This document shows positions 12,940 to 26,210 of a DNA stretch of 64,000 bases, piece after piece (the stretch's first letter is position 1; every line of letters begins with the position of its first letter). Source of the DNA: Azolla caroliniana. Taxonomy: Eukaryota > Plantae > Polypodiophyta. The DNA is taken from positions 3,596,001 to 3,660,000 of the forward strand of contig JBHGNT010000022.1 of the NCBI GenBank assembly GCA_043228905.1, in the 5' to 3' direction. Under the pieces are notes generated by a model. It had not been told where the DNA came from. It searched no databases and saw only the letters and a program-made list of their open reading frames with translations. The position numbers and the translations under genes are program-made.

Positions 12940-15900
12940 TGTCGTAGTGTATTTCGTACACTACGTGAAAAAGTAAAAATAATATAAACGATTTAATTAC
13001 ATATAAATAAATAAAATAAGAATATCAAAATATTTATCACGTGAATAGGGCAAGATTCGAACCCTGTACCTCCACATAACCAAACCTCAACTTTACCATT
13101 ATGCTACCTTATCTTTAGTGTTCAACAAATAGATTTAATAACTATAAGTGCTTTATTTGCGCCTACCTTTATTAAAAGGTAAATCATGCATTTTTAGAGT
13201 GCGTGAATATTTTATAGAAAAACGCAAGCAACTAAAAAGTGACTCATGCACATCTAGCGTGCATGAGCACTATATTTAGCAAATAAAAGCAAGGATTAGA
13301 AAAGCATCACATGCATATTTAGTGTGCATGATCACTTTAGATAAAGCATATAGTCTATCTATAGGAAAAGCATGGGGTCTATAGTTAGAGAAAAATCATG
13401 GATTACTAAGACTTCCTCATCACTACATAAGGATGGGGAGCACAATGTAATTGTGTGTGAAATATTTGGGAAATTGGATATATTTCCTAAAACACCAATT
13501 AATAAAATATACTCGTGGGATTCACGAAGTTTAAGATAATCTATCTCTTTCAATCTAAATTCATATTCTTACATAAATATTGATTAATGTAATACTTGTG
13601 GGATTCACAAGGTTTGATCTCTTTTCTCAATCTACTCTAATCTATTCTAAATTATTTCAATTTATTACTACGATTTAGATAAACTAAAACAATTATACTT
13701 GTGGGATTCACAAGTTTCTATATCTCTTTCTTATAATCTATTCATATTCATAACTAGATTAGCCTCAAATTCTTCCTCCTCCTAGTCCAAAACCTCGGTG
13801 GTTCCCACCCGACTCACGCAACGATCCGGAGCCGAAAGGCACGACACAGTTGGTGAACACGACGTGAAGACGGGTGGCAAGGGGATGGAGAATCAACAAG
13901 AGGCGATGAACATGATGATGATGATGTTCGAACGGATGCTACAAGAACAACGAGCGATGTCGGAGATCACGGCGGTAGTAAAGCGGCTCGTACAACGAAA
14001 CGGACAATTCAACGGTAAGGGTGTGTCACGCTACCTACGTGAATATAAGGCGGAGATGATGCAATATCGGATACCGGAAGGATTGCAAGTGATATCCTTT
14101 AGTCGGGTGGCCTCGGACGAACTACAAGAGAGAATCCACAAGATACAACAACAAAACTCGACATGGGAGTCCTTTGAAGAAGCTTTACGGGAGGCATATG
14201 ACTATGAGAGATGGACGGGACGAGATCGACGAGAATTCGACGAATGGGTGGCGTCGGAGAAGATTCACCGAAGTGCAACGCAAGCGTTCCTAGAGTTCGA
14301 GCATCGTTTTGCTCGACTCTCGGAGCGGGAACGAAGATTGGCGGCGAGGAAGGTAAAGTCGGAAGTCGGTTCGGATGGAAAATGATCCATCCGAAATTCC
14401 AATCTAAAAGAAAGTGCGACAATGCGGAGGTCGGGTCTACGACGGGAGAAGCGCGTAATACAGAGCACGCTCTACGGCGAATAAAGAAACGCGTGTTATG
14501 GCGAATAAAGAAGCACGCGCTACGGCGAGAAAAGAAGCATGCATTACAACCACACGAGGACCGAACAACGAGCACATATCGGAGGACCTACGTGGCGAAC
14601 AACGGAAAGAAGTGCCGAAAGTCGAACCGGACAAGGCAGGTGAAAACGAAGAAAAGAAAGCAAATCCGGACGAAAAGAAAAGAAAAGAAACCGACCCGAA
14701 AGAGCACTGAATCGGTAAAAACCGATCAACCGAGTCCGGATCGACCGAATACAAATCGGAAAGGAAGCCGAACTAAACGAAAGACGATCCGACGAGACCG
14801 AATCGGAAGTAAGCTAATCCGACTAAACCGAAAATCCGAAAAGAAGTCGAGATTGATGAAGAAAAGAAAGAGGGCAAGAAAAGATACTACCGCGGATGAC
14901 AAGGACCAAGCGGGCCATGCAAAAAGCGAACATAGAATATGGTGGATCGGATGGCGACAATGGTTCGGGTGGAAAGAATGGGTCTACTCAAAATGGAGAG
15001 ACAAAGTTGACATAGCGGGACAAACGGAGGATGAAGGGGAGACAACGAGCATTGGCAACTTCGGCACATACCGGAGGATGTGCGGGTTCGGAGGGGGCGA
15101 GTGTCGTAGTGTATTTCGTACACTACGTGAAAAAGTAAAAATAATATAAACGATTTAATTACATATAAATAAATAAAATAAGAATATCAAAATATTTATC
15201 ACGTGCATAGGGCAAGATTCGAACCCTATACCTCCACGTAGCCAAACCTCAACTTTACCATTATGCTACCTTATCTTTAGTGTTCTACAAATAGATTTAA
15301 TAACTATAAGTGCTTTATTTGTGCCTACCTTTATTAAAAGGTAAATCATGCATTTTTAGAGTGCGTGAATATTTTATAGAAAAACGCAAGCAACTAAAAA
15401 GTGACTCATGCACATCTAGCGTGCATGAGCACTATATTTAGCAAATAAAAGCAAGGATTAGAAAAGCATCACATGCATATTTAGTGTGCATGATCACTTT
15501 AGATAAAGCATATAGTCTATCTATAGGAAAAGCATGGGGTCTATAGTTAGAGAAAAATCATGGATTACTAAGACTTCCTCATCACTACATAAGGATGGGG
15601 AGCACAATGTAATTGTGTGTGAAATATTTGGGAAATTGGATATATTTCCTAAAACACCAATTAATAAAATATACTCGTGGGATTCACGAAGTTTAAGATA
15701 ATCTATCTCTTTCAATCTAAATTCATATTCTTACATAAATATTGATTAATGTAATACTTGTGGGATTCACAAGGTTTGATCTCTTTTCTCAATCTACTCT
15801 AATCTATTCTAAATTATTTCAATTTATTACTACGATTTAGATAAACTAAAACAATTATACTTGTGGGATTCACAAGTTTCTATATCTCTTTCTTATAATC

Positions 15901-16008
15901 TATTCATATTCATAACTAGATTAGCCTCAAATTCTTCCTCCTCCTAGTCCAAAACCTCGGTGGTTCCCACCCGACTCACGCAACGATCCGGAGCCGAAAG
16001 GCACGACA
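12940..16008 (+). mobile_element. Non-autonomous gag-only LTR retrotransposon (TR-GAG-like)
   Basis: 907-bp LTRs (12940-13846 and 15102-16008, TGTCGT...ACGACA, 6 differences), 4-bp TSD ACGT, PBS TGGTGAACACGACGTGAA (13851-13868, near-perfect complement of the plant tRNA-Trp 3' end), PPT GGAGGGGGCGAG, 1255-bp interior without pol. Confidence 0.92.
13885..14385 (+). CDS. gag: Truncated Gag-like protein
   Basis: First ORF after the PBS; FNGKGVSRYLREY...TWESFEEALREAY resembles a retrotransposon capsid N-terminal domain. Confidence 0.6.
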   Translation: MENQQEAMNMMMMMFERMLQEQRAMSEITAVVKRLVQRNGQFNGKGVSRYLREYKAEMMQYRIPEGLQVISFSRVASDELQERIHKIQQQNSTWESFEEALREAYDYERWTGRDRREFDEWVASEKIHRSATQAFLEFEHRFARLSERERRLAARKVKSEVGSDGK

Positions 16009-19000
16009 ACGTGGGCCTCCATAGAAAGTAAGACGATGTTCTATGTTGACCATATGGTCATAACAAGGAGTGCGGAATGGTAGATCATCGGTGGGTAGAG
16101 CCAAGATGTAAGAGAGGTTTAGGGTTTCGGGGTTTAGGAGGCGTGTAGGGTTTTGAGGGTTTAGGGTTGATGTCCTTGCGGTCGTAACAAGGAGTGCGGA
16201 ATGGTGGATAATCGGTGGGTAGAGGTAGGTGAAGAGGAACACCAAGCTCGATTTGAGTGCACCCGAATCGAAGTTTGCTTCCATTACAACACAATATAGT
16301 AAAGATCTCACTACCGCCTATGTTAAGCATTTACACAACCTTGTCCATTATTATACTAAAATTGTAGATGACTTTCCTACAACCATGTGAGCAGATATAC
16401 TCAAGCTTGCTAGTCTCCTAAAAGCCCCCGCTTGTTTTGACAGAATAGAACCCGATTCAAACCCAAACTCAGTTAGCAAACAACTTGAAGATTTCAGAGA
16501 AGAATTAGTCACTAATATTTTAAAAGAATGTAATACAATAGTTCTATCATTCACTTATAGGGAAGCCTTTAGGAGTGCTGCAATGCAAACAAGAGATAAA
16601 GCACAATTAATAAACGACAACACTCAAAGCACAAGTAAGCACCACATTAGAGAGATAGACCTAGATATGGAGTCTGAAGATGATAGTGAAAAGGTAGTAG
16701 ATAGTTTTGAGAAAGTAGAATATGACAAATTTCAGTTTACATCTCATCACAATAACTTTCACTTGAGAACAAACCCTAACTCTTCCTCTACCTCTAACCC
16801 TAACACTAACCCTAACCCTAACTCAAGAATAAACCCTAACCCAAACCCTAATTTGAAAACAAACGCCAACCCAAACTTCCCCAACCCTAACTATTGGCCT
16901 CGAACAACAAACCCGAAACCTCCTCCACAACAATTTAAGCGTGAATCATCCAACTACCACAACCATCCTCAATTCATCTGCAACATAAATAATAATGAAG
17001 TTAGCACGAACCCTTATCCTAACAACCTCAATCATAGAAACCCATAAGTATTATTCTATAGACCCAATGACCTTTCGGTAGGCTCGAACACAAACTCAGT
17101 CTACCTCCACCATAACATGAGGATAACACCAACATTCCTGAACTCCAACTTCACCACATATGTTTCCCCTTATACAGGTCCTTCGCATCATCCACCACAG
17201 GATCTCCATCATTGACCATAATCACTCCTCGGCGGTGGTGACGGCAACAGCAACGACAACGACGACAATGACATCAACCACCATACGCTAGCTTGGCCAC
17301 ACAGCTCACACGGAATACCCCCATCTCTGATCCATAGCTTCCGCTCATCGGCCGCACTTGCTGGTTTCTCGTCGGCCCAACATAGCCACCAACAACACGA
17401 TGGATTAAAGATAAAGACGGGCGGCGCGTGCAATCGACTATAGAGGCGTCGACATCCCCCATTCTAACCTTCCCCCCTTGCTCTCCAGCCCTCCTTTGTA
17501 TACTAAGCCCCTCCTCCTTTCCCCCTCAATTTTCTTTCATCCTACAATAGGGCAGCATAACCCATCCCTCTTTCCTTATTCATGGCCACTACACCCACAC
17601 CCCTTTCACTCTCTAAACCCCTTTCTACAAAATCCTTGTATACCCCTTTGTTACTTTCTAATATTCCCCAACCAAACCCCGTCCCCCCTTTTTGTAATGA
17701 ACCCCACCCATATTTCCCCCCCAAGATTTTGTATAATTCTGGTCTTACCCCTCCCCCTATTTCTAACACAGGTCCCTCCCCCCTAATATCTTCAGACACT
17801 CCCTCTCCTTTCTTAATAATTCCACACATGCACCCCCCCACCCTTATTATCACATAATTTGAAAAATAACCCCTCCTTATTTAGATATAATACCCCTCCC
17901 CTTTTTCCTAATTCTAACTTGTTTGCCCCTGTCACTATTAGAGATATATACTAATGTAAGGAAAGGATAAGTATAAACAATAGATCTAGATAGCGAGGAC
18001 AGAGAGAAAGAAGGGTGTCAATCCACCCGACCACCCCCGAGCGGAGGGATCGACACGGACTTGAGCCTCGATTGGCATCCCATACCACTGTCGTGGCGTC
18101 GAGTCATACCTGGTGTTGGCGCGCTCACTACGAGAGTTGACCCACCACAAGAACAGAGTCTTGACGTAGTTAAAAGATCATGAAATGAGGGTAGATAGGC
18201 CTCTTATTTATAGTGATACCCAGGCCCCTAGGCAAGTTCACACTTGGCGGCCTAATGGGTTGTCTCAATCTCGAGGATTAAAAGTAATCTTCCCCTTCTT
18301 TACACTCTCGTTTAACCCTCACACTTATCCACGTGTATAGAATAGTACGGTAAATTCTCACCACAGGATATTATATGGTCATGCTCGTAACATACTCCCC
18401 CTCTTTAAAACATTGCACTCTTGTAATGGAAAGTTAGGGAAGTTAGTTCTAAGAGTATTTTCGCGCTCCCATGTGGCATCTTTTATTGATTTATCCATCC
18501 ATTTTATTTAAAATTCTTGGATTTCTTTAGTACGTAATTTTTTTGTTTTAACATCAAGAATTATTTCTAGTACATGTGGTTTAGAAGATAATTCTTCAGA
18601 AGTAACCAGAGTTTCAGTTTTAATTGTATTGTCGCCAGAACCTAGAAGTTCTTTTAGACGACTCACATGAAATAATGGATGATTTTCAACACCATTAGGA
18701 AGAGCGAGACGATAGGTTGATGATCCAATGTGTTTGAGGAATGTAAAACATCCACAAAACCATGGGGCTAACTTAGTGCACTTACCCTTAGACAATGTCT
18801 TAGAATTGTGAGGTACACGTAAAAATACGTTCTGTCCAGGGTTTAATACACGAGGTTGCCTATGATGATCGACATAAAAACGCGCTCTATCTTGAGCTGT
18901 TTTTATATTATCTCGTGCAATATGCAACATATCTTGCATATCTTGAAGAAAGTTTTGCGTACTTCGCAACTCATCATGATCTATATTAACATCAATCGGG

Positions 19001-21529
19001 GCTCATTGCTGAAAACCATACATAAACATAAAAAGACTATATCTCGTCGATGTATGCTTGGAGATGTTATAAGCAAACTCCAAAATTGGGAGATAACATT
19101 CCCATTTTGTTGGTTTTGCACCAACGTATGCTCGAAGCATGTCCTCAATAATTTGATTTACTCGTTTTGTCTATCCACCAGATTGAGGATGATCCGTGGA
19201 GCTCATACTCAATGTAGTTTCTAACTTCTTGAAGTCTTGCGTCCAGAAGTCACTAGTCAATTTTCGATCTCGATCACTCACGATATCCATCGATAACCCA
19301 TAAAAATGAAATAACTTGTCAACGGTTTGGTAAGCCAATTCAAGAGCTGTTACCGTGGTTTTAGTAGCAATAAATCTAGCCATTTTAGTTAGTCTATCAA
19401 CCACAACCCAGATGGCAGGATAACAATAAAATCCATAGATATACTTTCCCACTTATTATTGGGAATTTCCAAGGGATGTAAAAGTCCTGCGGCTTTAAGT
19501 TGCTTGGCTTTGTTAACCTGACATTGGTGACATTTAGTCACATAGCTATCTATGTCAGGACGCATCTTAGGCCAATAGAATTGAGTGGAGATGAGAACGA
19601 GTGTACGATGTATTCCATGGTGCCCTGCTGAGGGTGCATCATGGCATTCAAAAAGAATTCTCTTTTTGACCTTGGGAAAATCGGGAACACAAACCTTCCC
19701 ATTACAGTAGAACAGACCATTATCAATGTGGAAGTATTCCTTCGAGGATGTGGTGGTGTCTATTCCAGACTCAACTCTTGCCTAGTATTTCGCAAAATAA
19801 CTGTCATCATGAGACTTTCCTCGAAGGTGATCATTAAGATCTGATGTTATTTCAGTGAAGCTAAGCATGTGAACCTCATGGATGCAACTTAGTGCATCAG
19901 CAATAGTGTTCATGGAACATTTACAATATCGTATGGAAAAATCAAAGTCTTGGATTGGATCAGCCCATCGTGCCTTACGACCTTTCAGGTCTTGTTGGTC
20001 ACAAAAATATTTCAAGGACTCGTGGTCCGTAGTGTTCATGGAAGCTTTATGATATCGTATAGAAAAATCAAAGTCCTAGATGAGATCAACCCATCCTGCT
20101 TTACGACCTTTCATGTCTTGTTGTTTACAAAAATATTTCAAGGACTCGTGGTCCATAGTTACCACAAAGTGATTTCCATAAAGATAATAACGCCATGTTT
20201 TGAGCGCATGTATAACTGGAAATAACTCCTTTTCTTGAACGGTATAACGACATTGAGCAGAATCAAGTTTCTTACTCTCGAATGCTATTGGTTTACCAGC
20301 TTGATATAAGACAACACCTATAGTATACTTGCTTGAACTGGTTTCAACCTCAAAAGGTTTTGAAGGATTAGGTAAAAGAAGTGAAGGAACCTTGCACACC
20401 AGGTCAGGCTTGAGTTCCTTAAAGGCGAGGTCTAGTGTAACATTCCAGACAATAGGTTTTGTAGACTTACGCATTTGACCTTTTAGAAGATTAGTAAACG
20501 GCGTTGCCAATTGGAAGTAATTACGAAGGGATTTTCGCAAACCCCCACAAAACCAAGGAATGATCGAACTTCTCAAATACTCCGAAGAGTGGGCCAAAGC
20601 TTGATTTTCTCGATGCGAGAAGGATCAATTTCAACTCCTCGTTCGGTTATGAGATGTCCAAGATAAGTAATTGATTTCTTGAAGAACTCACATTTTGAGA
20701 TCTTCACATAAAACTGTTTGTCACGCAATGTTTGTAAAACAAAGTGGACATGTTTAGCATGTTCTTGTAATGTATGACTATAAACTAAAATATCATCCAA
20801 GAAAATAACGACAAATTTTCCAAGTTTCTCTCGGAAAATGTCATTCATTTATTGTTGAAATGTAGCCGGAACATTGGTCAAACCAAAAGGCATAACCAAA
20901 AACTCATAATGGCCATATCGCATACGAAATGCCATTTTTGGAACATCGTCCTCACTTATATGAATTTGATGGTAACCAGTACGAAGATCAAGTTTCGTAA
21001 AATACCGAGCTCCCTGGAGACGGTCAACTAGATCGTTAGCCCGGGGCAATGGATACGAATTCTTGATCGTCAGTTTATTCAAGCATTGGTAATTAATACA
21101 CATATACTGTCAGGAACAGTACTAAGACAGAGAAGGAATTAGTACTAAAAGAAGCATTAGTACTAAGAGAGGTGAAGAACTCTCGAGAGAAGGAAAGAGT
21201 GAGTGAGAGGGAGGGAGAGAGAGATCGAGAGAGAGAGAGAGTGATGATAAGAAAAGGTATATATTATGTGAAGAAAATGTATAGTAGCTAGGAGGTTTAA
21301 GACTAGCGTTGAACCGATTTGGTTCGAAATAATGCCTTGTGCCTCCTTTTATAGTGTTCTAAGGAATACTCCTGAAGTTTCTAGAATGTTCCAGAGAAAT
21401 CTGGAATATACATCAATTTTCTATAATAAAATATAAATGAAAATAATATTCTACGTATTACAATGTATAGTCTAATGGTCAAGAGCTCGACCCATGTAGC
21501 ATAAGGTCATGGGTTTGAGTCTTGCCATA

Positions 21530-24500
21530 TCATGACACTATCCCCCCTTTAAAATGACGAGTGTAACGAGTCGTTTTGGATTGAGGACCCGGTTTGTCTG
21601 GATATTGACGATGGAAGTCTTCAAGAAGAGCACGAGCATTGGTGACATTCTCTATCGGTTCCCAAGTACGCTCGCTGGAACTATATCCTAGCCAATCGAC
21701 TAGATAGTAGAGCTTGTTGCGAACAAGCTTGGAATCAAGAATGGCGGCAACCTCGTACTCAGGTCCATCTTCAAGCTCGATCGGGGGTGGAGGCTGTGTA
21801 ATACGTGCTGGGATGGTGCTCTCTTGATAGGGTTCGAGGAGATAACTATGAAACACCTGATGTATCCGAAGTTGTGGAGGTAGATCAAGACGAAAAGCGA
21901 CATCATTAATCTTTCCTATAATACGGAAAGGACCTAATCGCCGATAATCCAACTTCTCGCATGGGCGAGTGGTCTTGATGTGTCGTCGGAGTAGCCATAC
22001 CCGATCTCCAATGTTAAAACTAGATGGGAGTCTATGACAATCCGCATAAACCTTGTGTGTTTGTTGAGCTTGTTGGAGGTGAGTAGATACATCCGCTTGT
22101 ATCTTGCGTAACCTCTCCAAACGATCTTTTGCGCAAGGATTTGTGGACACCTCTGGGGTTTCAAGTACACACCACCGGGGGTGACATCCCGTATAAGCAT
22201 AAAATGGCATAACTTTAGTGGATGCATGGATAGAGTTCTTATAGGCAAATTCGGCGAAGTGGAGAATATCTGCCCAGTCATCCTGATGATAGTTGAGAAA
22301 GCACCGCAGATACTGCTCCAGCGTTTGGTTGGTTCGTTCGGCTTGGCCATTGATTTGGGGGTGGTAACCGGAGGAGAGGTTACAAGTGACCTTGAGCATG
22401 TTAAAAAGGTGCTTCCAGAATTTTGACACGAACCGGGGTCCACGGTCGCTGATGATACTATCGGGAAGTCCATGATGCCGACATACTTCACGCATGACAA
22501 TTTCGGCAGTGTCTTCATTCGAGATCTCCTTAGTACATGGCAAGAAATGAGACATCTTCGTATATTGATCGACCACCGTTAGAATCGCATTGAACCCCTT
22601 AGAGACTGGAAGATCTGTGATGAAGTCTAGAGCAATGGATTGCCACGGCTTGCTTGGAATTGGTAATGGTTCTAATAAACCATATGGATGATGCCTTGGC
22701 ATTTTCGCTCTGCAGCATGTATCACAAGTCCGAACAAAATCGTCGACAAATTGTCGCATACAGGGCCACCAGAATGATCGTTGTACTAAATGTAATGTTT
22801 TAGTACTACCAAAATGCCCAGCTCTATATCTGTCATGATAGTTTTGTACTACTTGAAGGCGGCAAGAACCATTAGGAACATACAAAAGTTCTTTAAAGAA
22901 GAGTAATCCATCATGGTATTTGAATTTCCGATAGTCCGTACCTAGTGGTTGCGACTGTGAACACGACGCGCGAGAGGGATCAATTTGTGCTAGTATATCT
23001 TGGGCGAACGCATCTGTCTTCAAGTCTTCGCGTATGGTATCGATAACGTGGGTATCCATGGGCATGTCAAAGATCTGTGTTGCTTGTAGTCGTGCCGGTC
23101 CCAAGATGACTTGTTTTTGGTTATCGAAAGCTGGCTCGCCGGGACGGGGTGCTAGATACGAACGTCGTGACAATGCATCTGCCTTCCCTTGGTGCTTCCC
23201 CGGACGATATGTAATTTTGAAGTCGAAACGGTGAGGAAGTGGGCCCACCGAGCTTGACGTCGATTCAACACACGAGCATCCTGAAAGTAGGCAAGCTTGT
23301 TGTGGTCACTAAATACAGTGACCGGATGAGAGGATCCCTCCAGAAAATGCCTCCATTGCATAAAAGAATCCACTATTGCCAATAGCTCCTTATCATGAAT
23401 TTCGTAGTTGATTTCGGCGGCGTCAAACTTGCGTGAGTGAAAAGCCATAGGATGTAGCTTCTCATCATTCCCCTGTTGTGACAGAATTCTCCCCAATGCA
23501 AAATCCGATGCGTCAGCTTCGATAATGAATGGTTTTTTCGGATCGACATGAGCTAGAATTGGAGCCGATGTAAATGTCTTTTTAAGACTCTCGAAAGCCA
23601 TGTCTGTTTCTTCAGAACAAATGAACGGTTGTCCCTTCCTGGTAAGTTGTGTGAGAGGTAGAACGATCTTTGAGTAATCTTGTATGAACTTCCGGTAAAA
23701 ATTGGCAAAGCCTAGGAAGCATTGCACATCCCGCACCGAACGCGGAATCTGCCATTCTACCACCATTTTGACCTTAGATGGGTCCATGGAGATGCCTTCT
23801 GAGGAAGTTATGTACCCGAGAAATTCCACTTAGTTGCACCCGAAACTACATTTTTCCAGCTTTGCGTATAGACCATGTTCTCGAAGTCGTTTTAGTACTA
23901 ATAGTTCATGAGAATCATTGTCTTCTTGGGTCTTTGAATAAACCAGTAGATCATCCAAATAGATGATCAAACAATCATCCAATAGATCTCGGAATATATC
24001 ATTAGCCATGTGCTGGAAGACTGTCGGCGCATTAGTGAGGCCGAACAGCATGACCGTATACTCGAAGTGCCCATATCTGGTGCGAAACGCGGTCTTCCAT
24101 TCGTCTCCTGGTCGGATCCGTACGAGGTTATATGCTCCCCGTAAGTCGATCTTCGTGAAGAACCTAGCACCATTGATCCGTTCTAAAAGACTTGAGATAA
24201 GGGGAAGAGCATACCTATTCCTGATTGTAACCTTATTCAGGCCACGGTAACCTACAACAAGACGAAGCGATCCATCCTTTTTCTTGACGATGAAAATGGG
24301 CGCGCCAGCTGGAGATTTCGAATGCCGAATGAAACCATTTTCCAAATTCTCCTTTATATAGGCCTGAAGGACTTCCAGCTCGGTTGGTGACAAATTGTAG
24401 ATCGGTCCCCATGGCAGCTCTTTTCCCGGTTGTAAATCGATGGGGCAATCGTACGGTCGATGATGACGAAGTGTGTTGGCTTGTACTTTATCGAACACAT

Positions 24501-25125
24501 CGACGTAATGACGATACTTCTCAGGAAGTTGAACGGTGGATTCATCTTTAGTGGTGCTGGAGGGGTTTACTGATATTGCAAAGAAGAACATTTCTTCCTT
24601 GCGCCCTTCTTTACGCAACTGACAAAGCAAAATGGTTGCCATCTTCTGAGTTGACCCTTGGGTTTGTTGACACCGGATTTCTCTTGTTCTCCAATCTATG
24701 TCTGGGTTATGGAACTCGAACCACGATAATCCTAAAACTATGGGATGTTCTGGGATACTAATAATATTAAATGATACTACACATGCTAAGTTATCTAGGA
24801 CAATATTAATGGGCTCTGACTCTTCTATGATATTTCCGGAAGCAATGGGACGTCCATCAATGACTACTATAGAGGCTGGACACTGGAGTTTTCTTAGGGA
24901 TATGTTATGAGCTTGAGCAAATTTCTTATCCATAAAGCAAGAGTTAGCTCCAGAATCTAGGAGTGCTAGGACATGTACTGGAGGGGTACTTTTAGTACTA
25001 ACTATTACTTGGGCTACGAACACATCACTAACTTGCTTAGAGGGAATGGAACCACTAATGGGCTGCACAGATCTAGGGCTGTCCAACCAAACGGCTCCTA
25101 TTTTGGCTGGACTTAGTCGTTTAAC
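21530..25125 (-). pseudogene. pol: Pol polyprotein PR-RT-RH-INT-chromodomain with one stop (23830) and one frameshift (about 23240)
   Basis: LLDSGA, YLDDLL, EADASDFA, HHCC and D,D(35)E integrase motifs, EYEVAAILDS..YLVDWLGY..TWEP chromodomain. Confidence 0.92.
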
Positions 25126-26210
25126 TCTTCTTCTAATTGACTAAGGACATCAAATCTGTTCGCTAGATCTGGGCTATTAGTACTATTAGGACTATCAGAT
25201 ATCCCTACTGAAATAGGCTCGGGTTTAGTACAATTAGAACTAGCAACTATTTGGTTTACATGTCTTCTTGGCCTATGGGGGCAATTTATTGCAATATGTC
25301 CTGGTCCACCGCAGTAAAGACATAGTCGATTTGTACGGCGTCGTTGCTTTTCTTCTTCGGATAATGGCCCTCGACGACGTGTAGTGTCAATCTCCATCGG
25401 AGTCGGAGTATTCACTGGAGGCGCATTATATGACTCCCTCGGAAAAGGTCTTGATACCACTGAGGCGTAGGTGGGCTCTGATCTTGCCCTCGGCATTTGT
25501 AGCTGTCGTTCCGAACGTCGCTCAAAGAGGCGGTTGTCACATCTCACCGCGCGACTAATTGCTTCTGTTAAGGACTTTGGTTCTTCGGGGAAGGTCAAGA
25601 GTAAATCCTTGACGTCGTTGCGTAAACCATAACGGAATTGCTCTATCAACGCTTGATCATCCCAAGGGATATCGGCGGCGGGTAGGCGAAAATCTGCAAC
25701 GTATGCAGAGGCTGGACGGTCACCTTGGTGTAATCGCCGAATTTTGTTGATTGCGGTCCTGATGCTGTCAGTATCTCCGAAACATGCTTTAAACTCACCT
25801 AGAAACTCTTCAAAATTGTTGAGTAACGGAGATTCCTTTTCTAATAGTGGAGTGAACCATGCCAACGCTGAGCCACTTAACAAAGTGCCTACTAAACCCA
25901 CTCGTGATGCATCAGTGGGATATCGGGAAGGATGCATTTGAATAACTAATCGTACCTGGTTAAGGAACCCTCTAAACTGCGATCGCGTTCCATCGAACTT
26001 TGTGGGAAGGCCAATCTTGGGTTCTTTATGAATCCCTTGTGTTCCGGGCCCTTGTTGTTGCATCGCTACAATGGTGGCTTCGAGTTGTTGCACGCGTAAC
26101 GCAAGTTCCCCATGGTGTTGTTGCGTTTGCTGCTTTTCTAAGGAGATTTGCTGAAGATCCCCCAGCAACCGTTGGTTTTCTTGTTCCAAAGCATAGAACT
26201 TCTCTTTCAA
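25113..26210 (-). CDS. gag: Gag (capsid plus CCHC zinc knuckle), intact 365 aa
   Basis: PTKFDGTRSQFRGF, PTPMEID and CLYCGGPGHIAINC motifs. Confidence 0.92.
   Translation of the reverse strand: MKEKFYALEQENQRLLGDLQQISLEKQQTQQHHGELALRVQQLEATIVAMQQQGPGTQGIHKEPKIGLPTKFDGTRSQFRGFLNQVRLVIQMHPSRYPTDASRVGLVGTLLSGSALAWFTPLLEKESPLLNNFEEFLGEFKACFGDTDSIRTAINKIRRLHQGDRPASAYVADFRLPAADIPWDDQALIEQFRYGLRNDVKDLLLTFPEEPKSLTEAISRAVRCDNRLFERRSERQLQMPRARSEPTYASVVSRPFPRESYNAPPVNTPTPMEIDTTRRRGPLSEEEKQRRRTNRLCLYCGGPGHIAINCPHRPRRHVNQIVASSNCTKPEPISVGISDSPNSTNSPDLANRFDVLSQLEEELND

Larger units (their letters stand above)
11561..16275. repeat. Purine-rich repeat with telomere-like motifs, interrupted by the LTR element 12940-16008
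   Basis: About 240-bp direct repeat (11561-11800 and 16039-16272) containing degenerate TTTAGGG runs. Confidence 0.55.

Noticed and set aside
14211-15149. 312-aa Lys/Arg-rich ORF as a real protein
   Set aside because: Low-complexity A/G-rich interior, overlaps gag out of frame and runs into the LTR; no motif.
16790-16890. True telomere or chromosome fusion site
   Set aside because: Only a few degenerate units embedded in a repeat or ORF; no long perfect array.
18338-18392. Fifth LTR tRNA-like module
   Set aside because: A D-arm-like TA-GAAT-AGTACGGTAA-ATTC sits at the equivalent position, but no B-box follows, so it was not counted.
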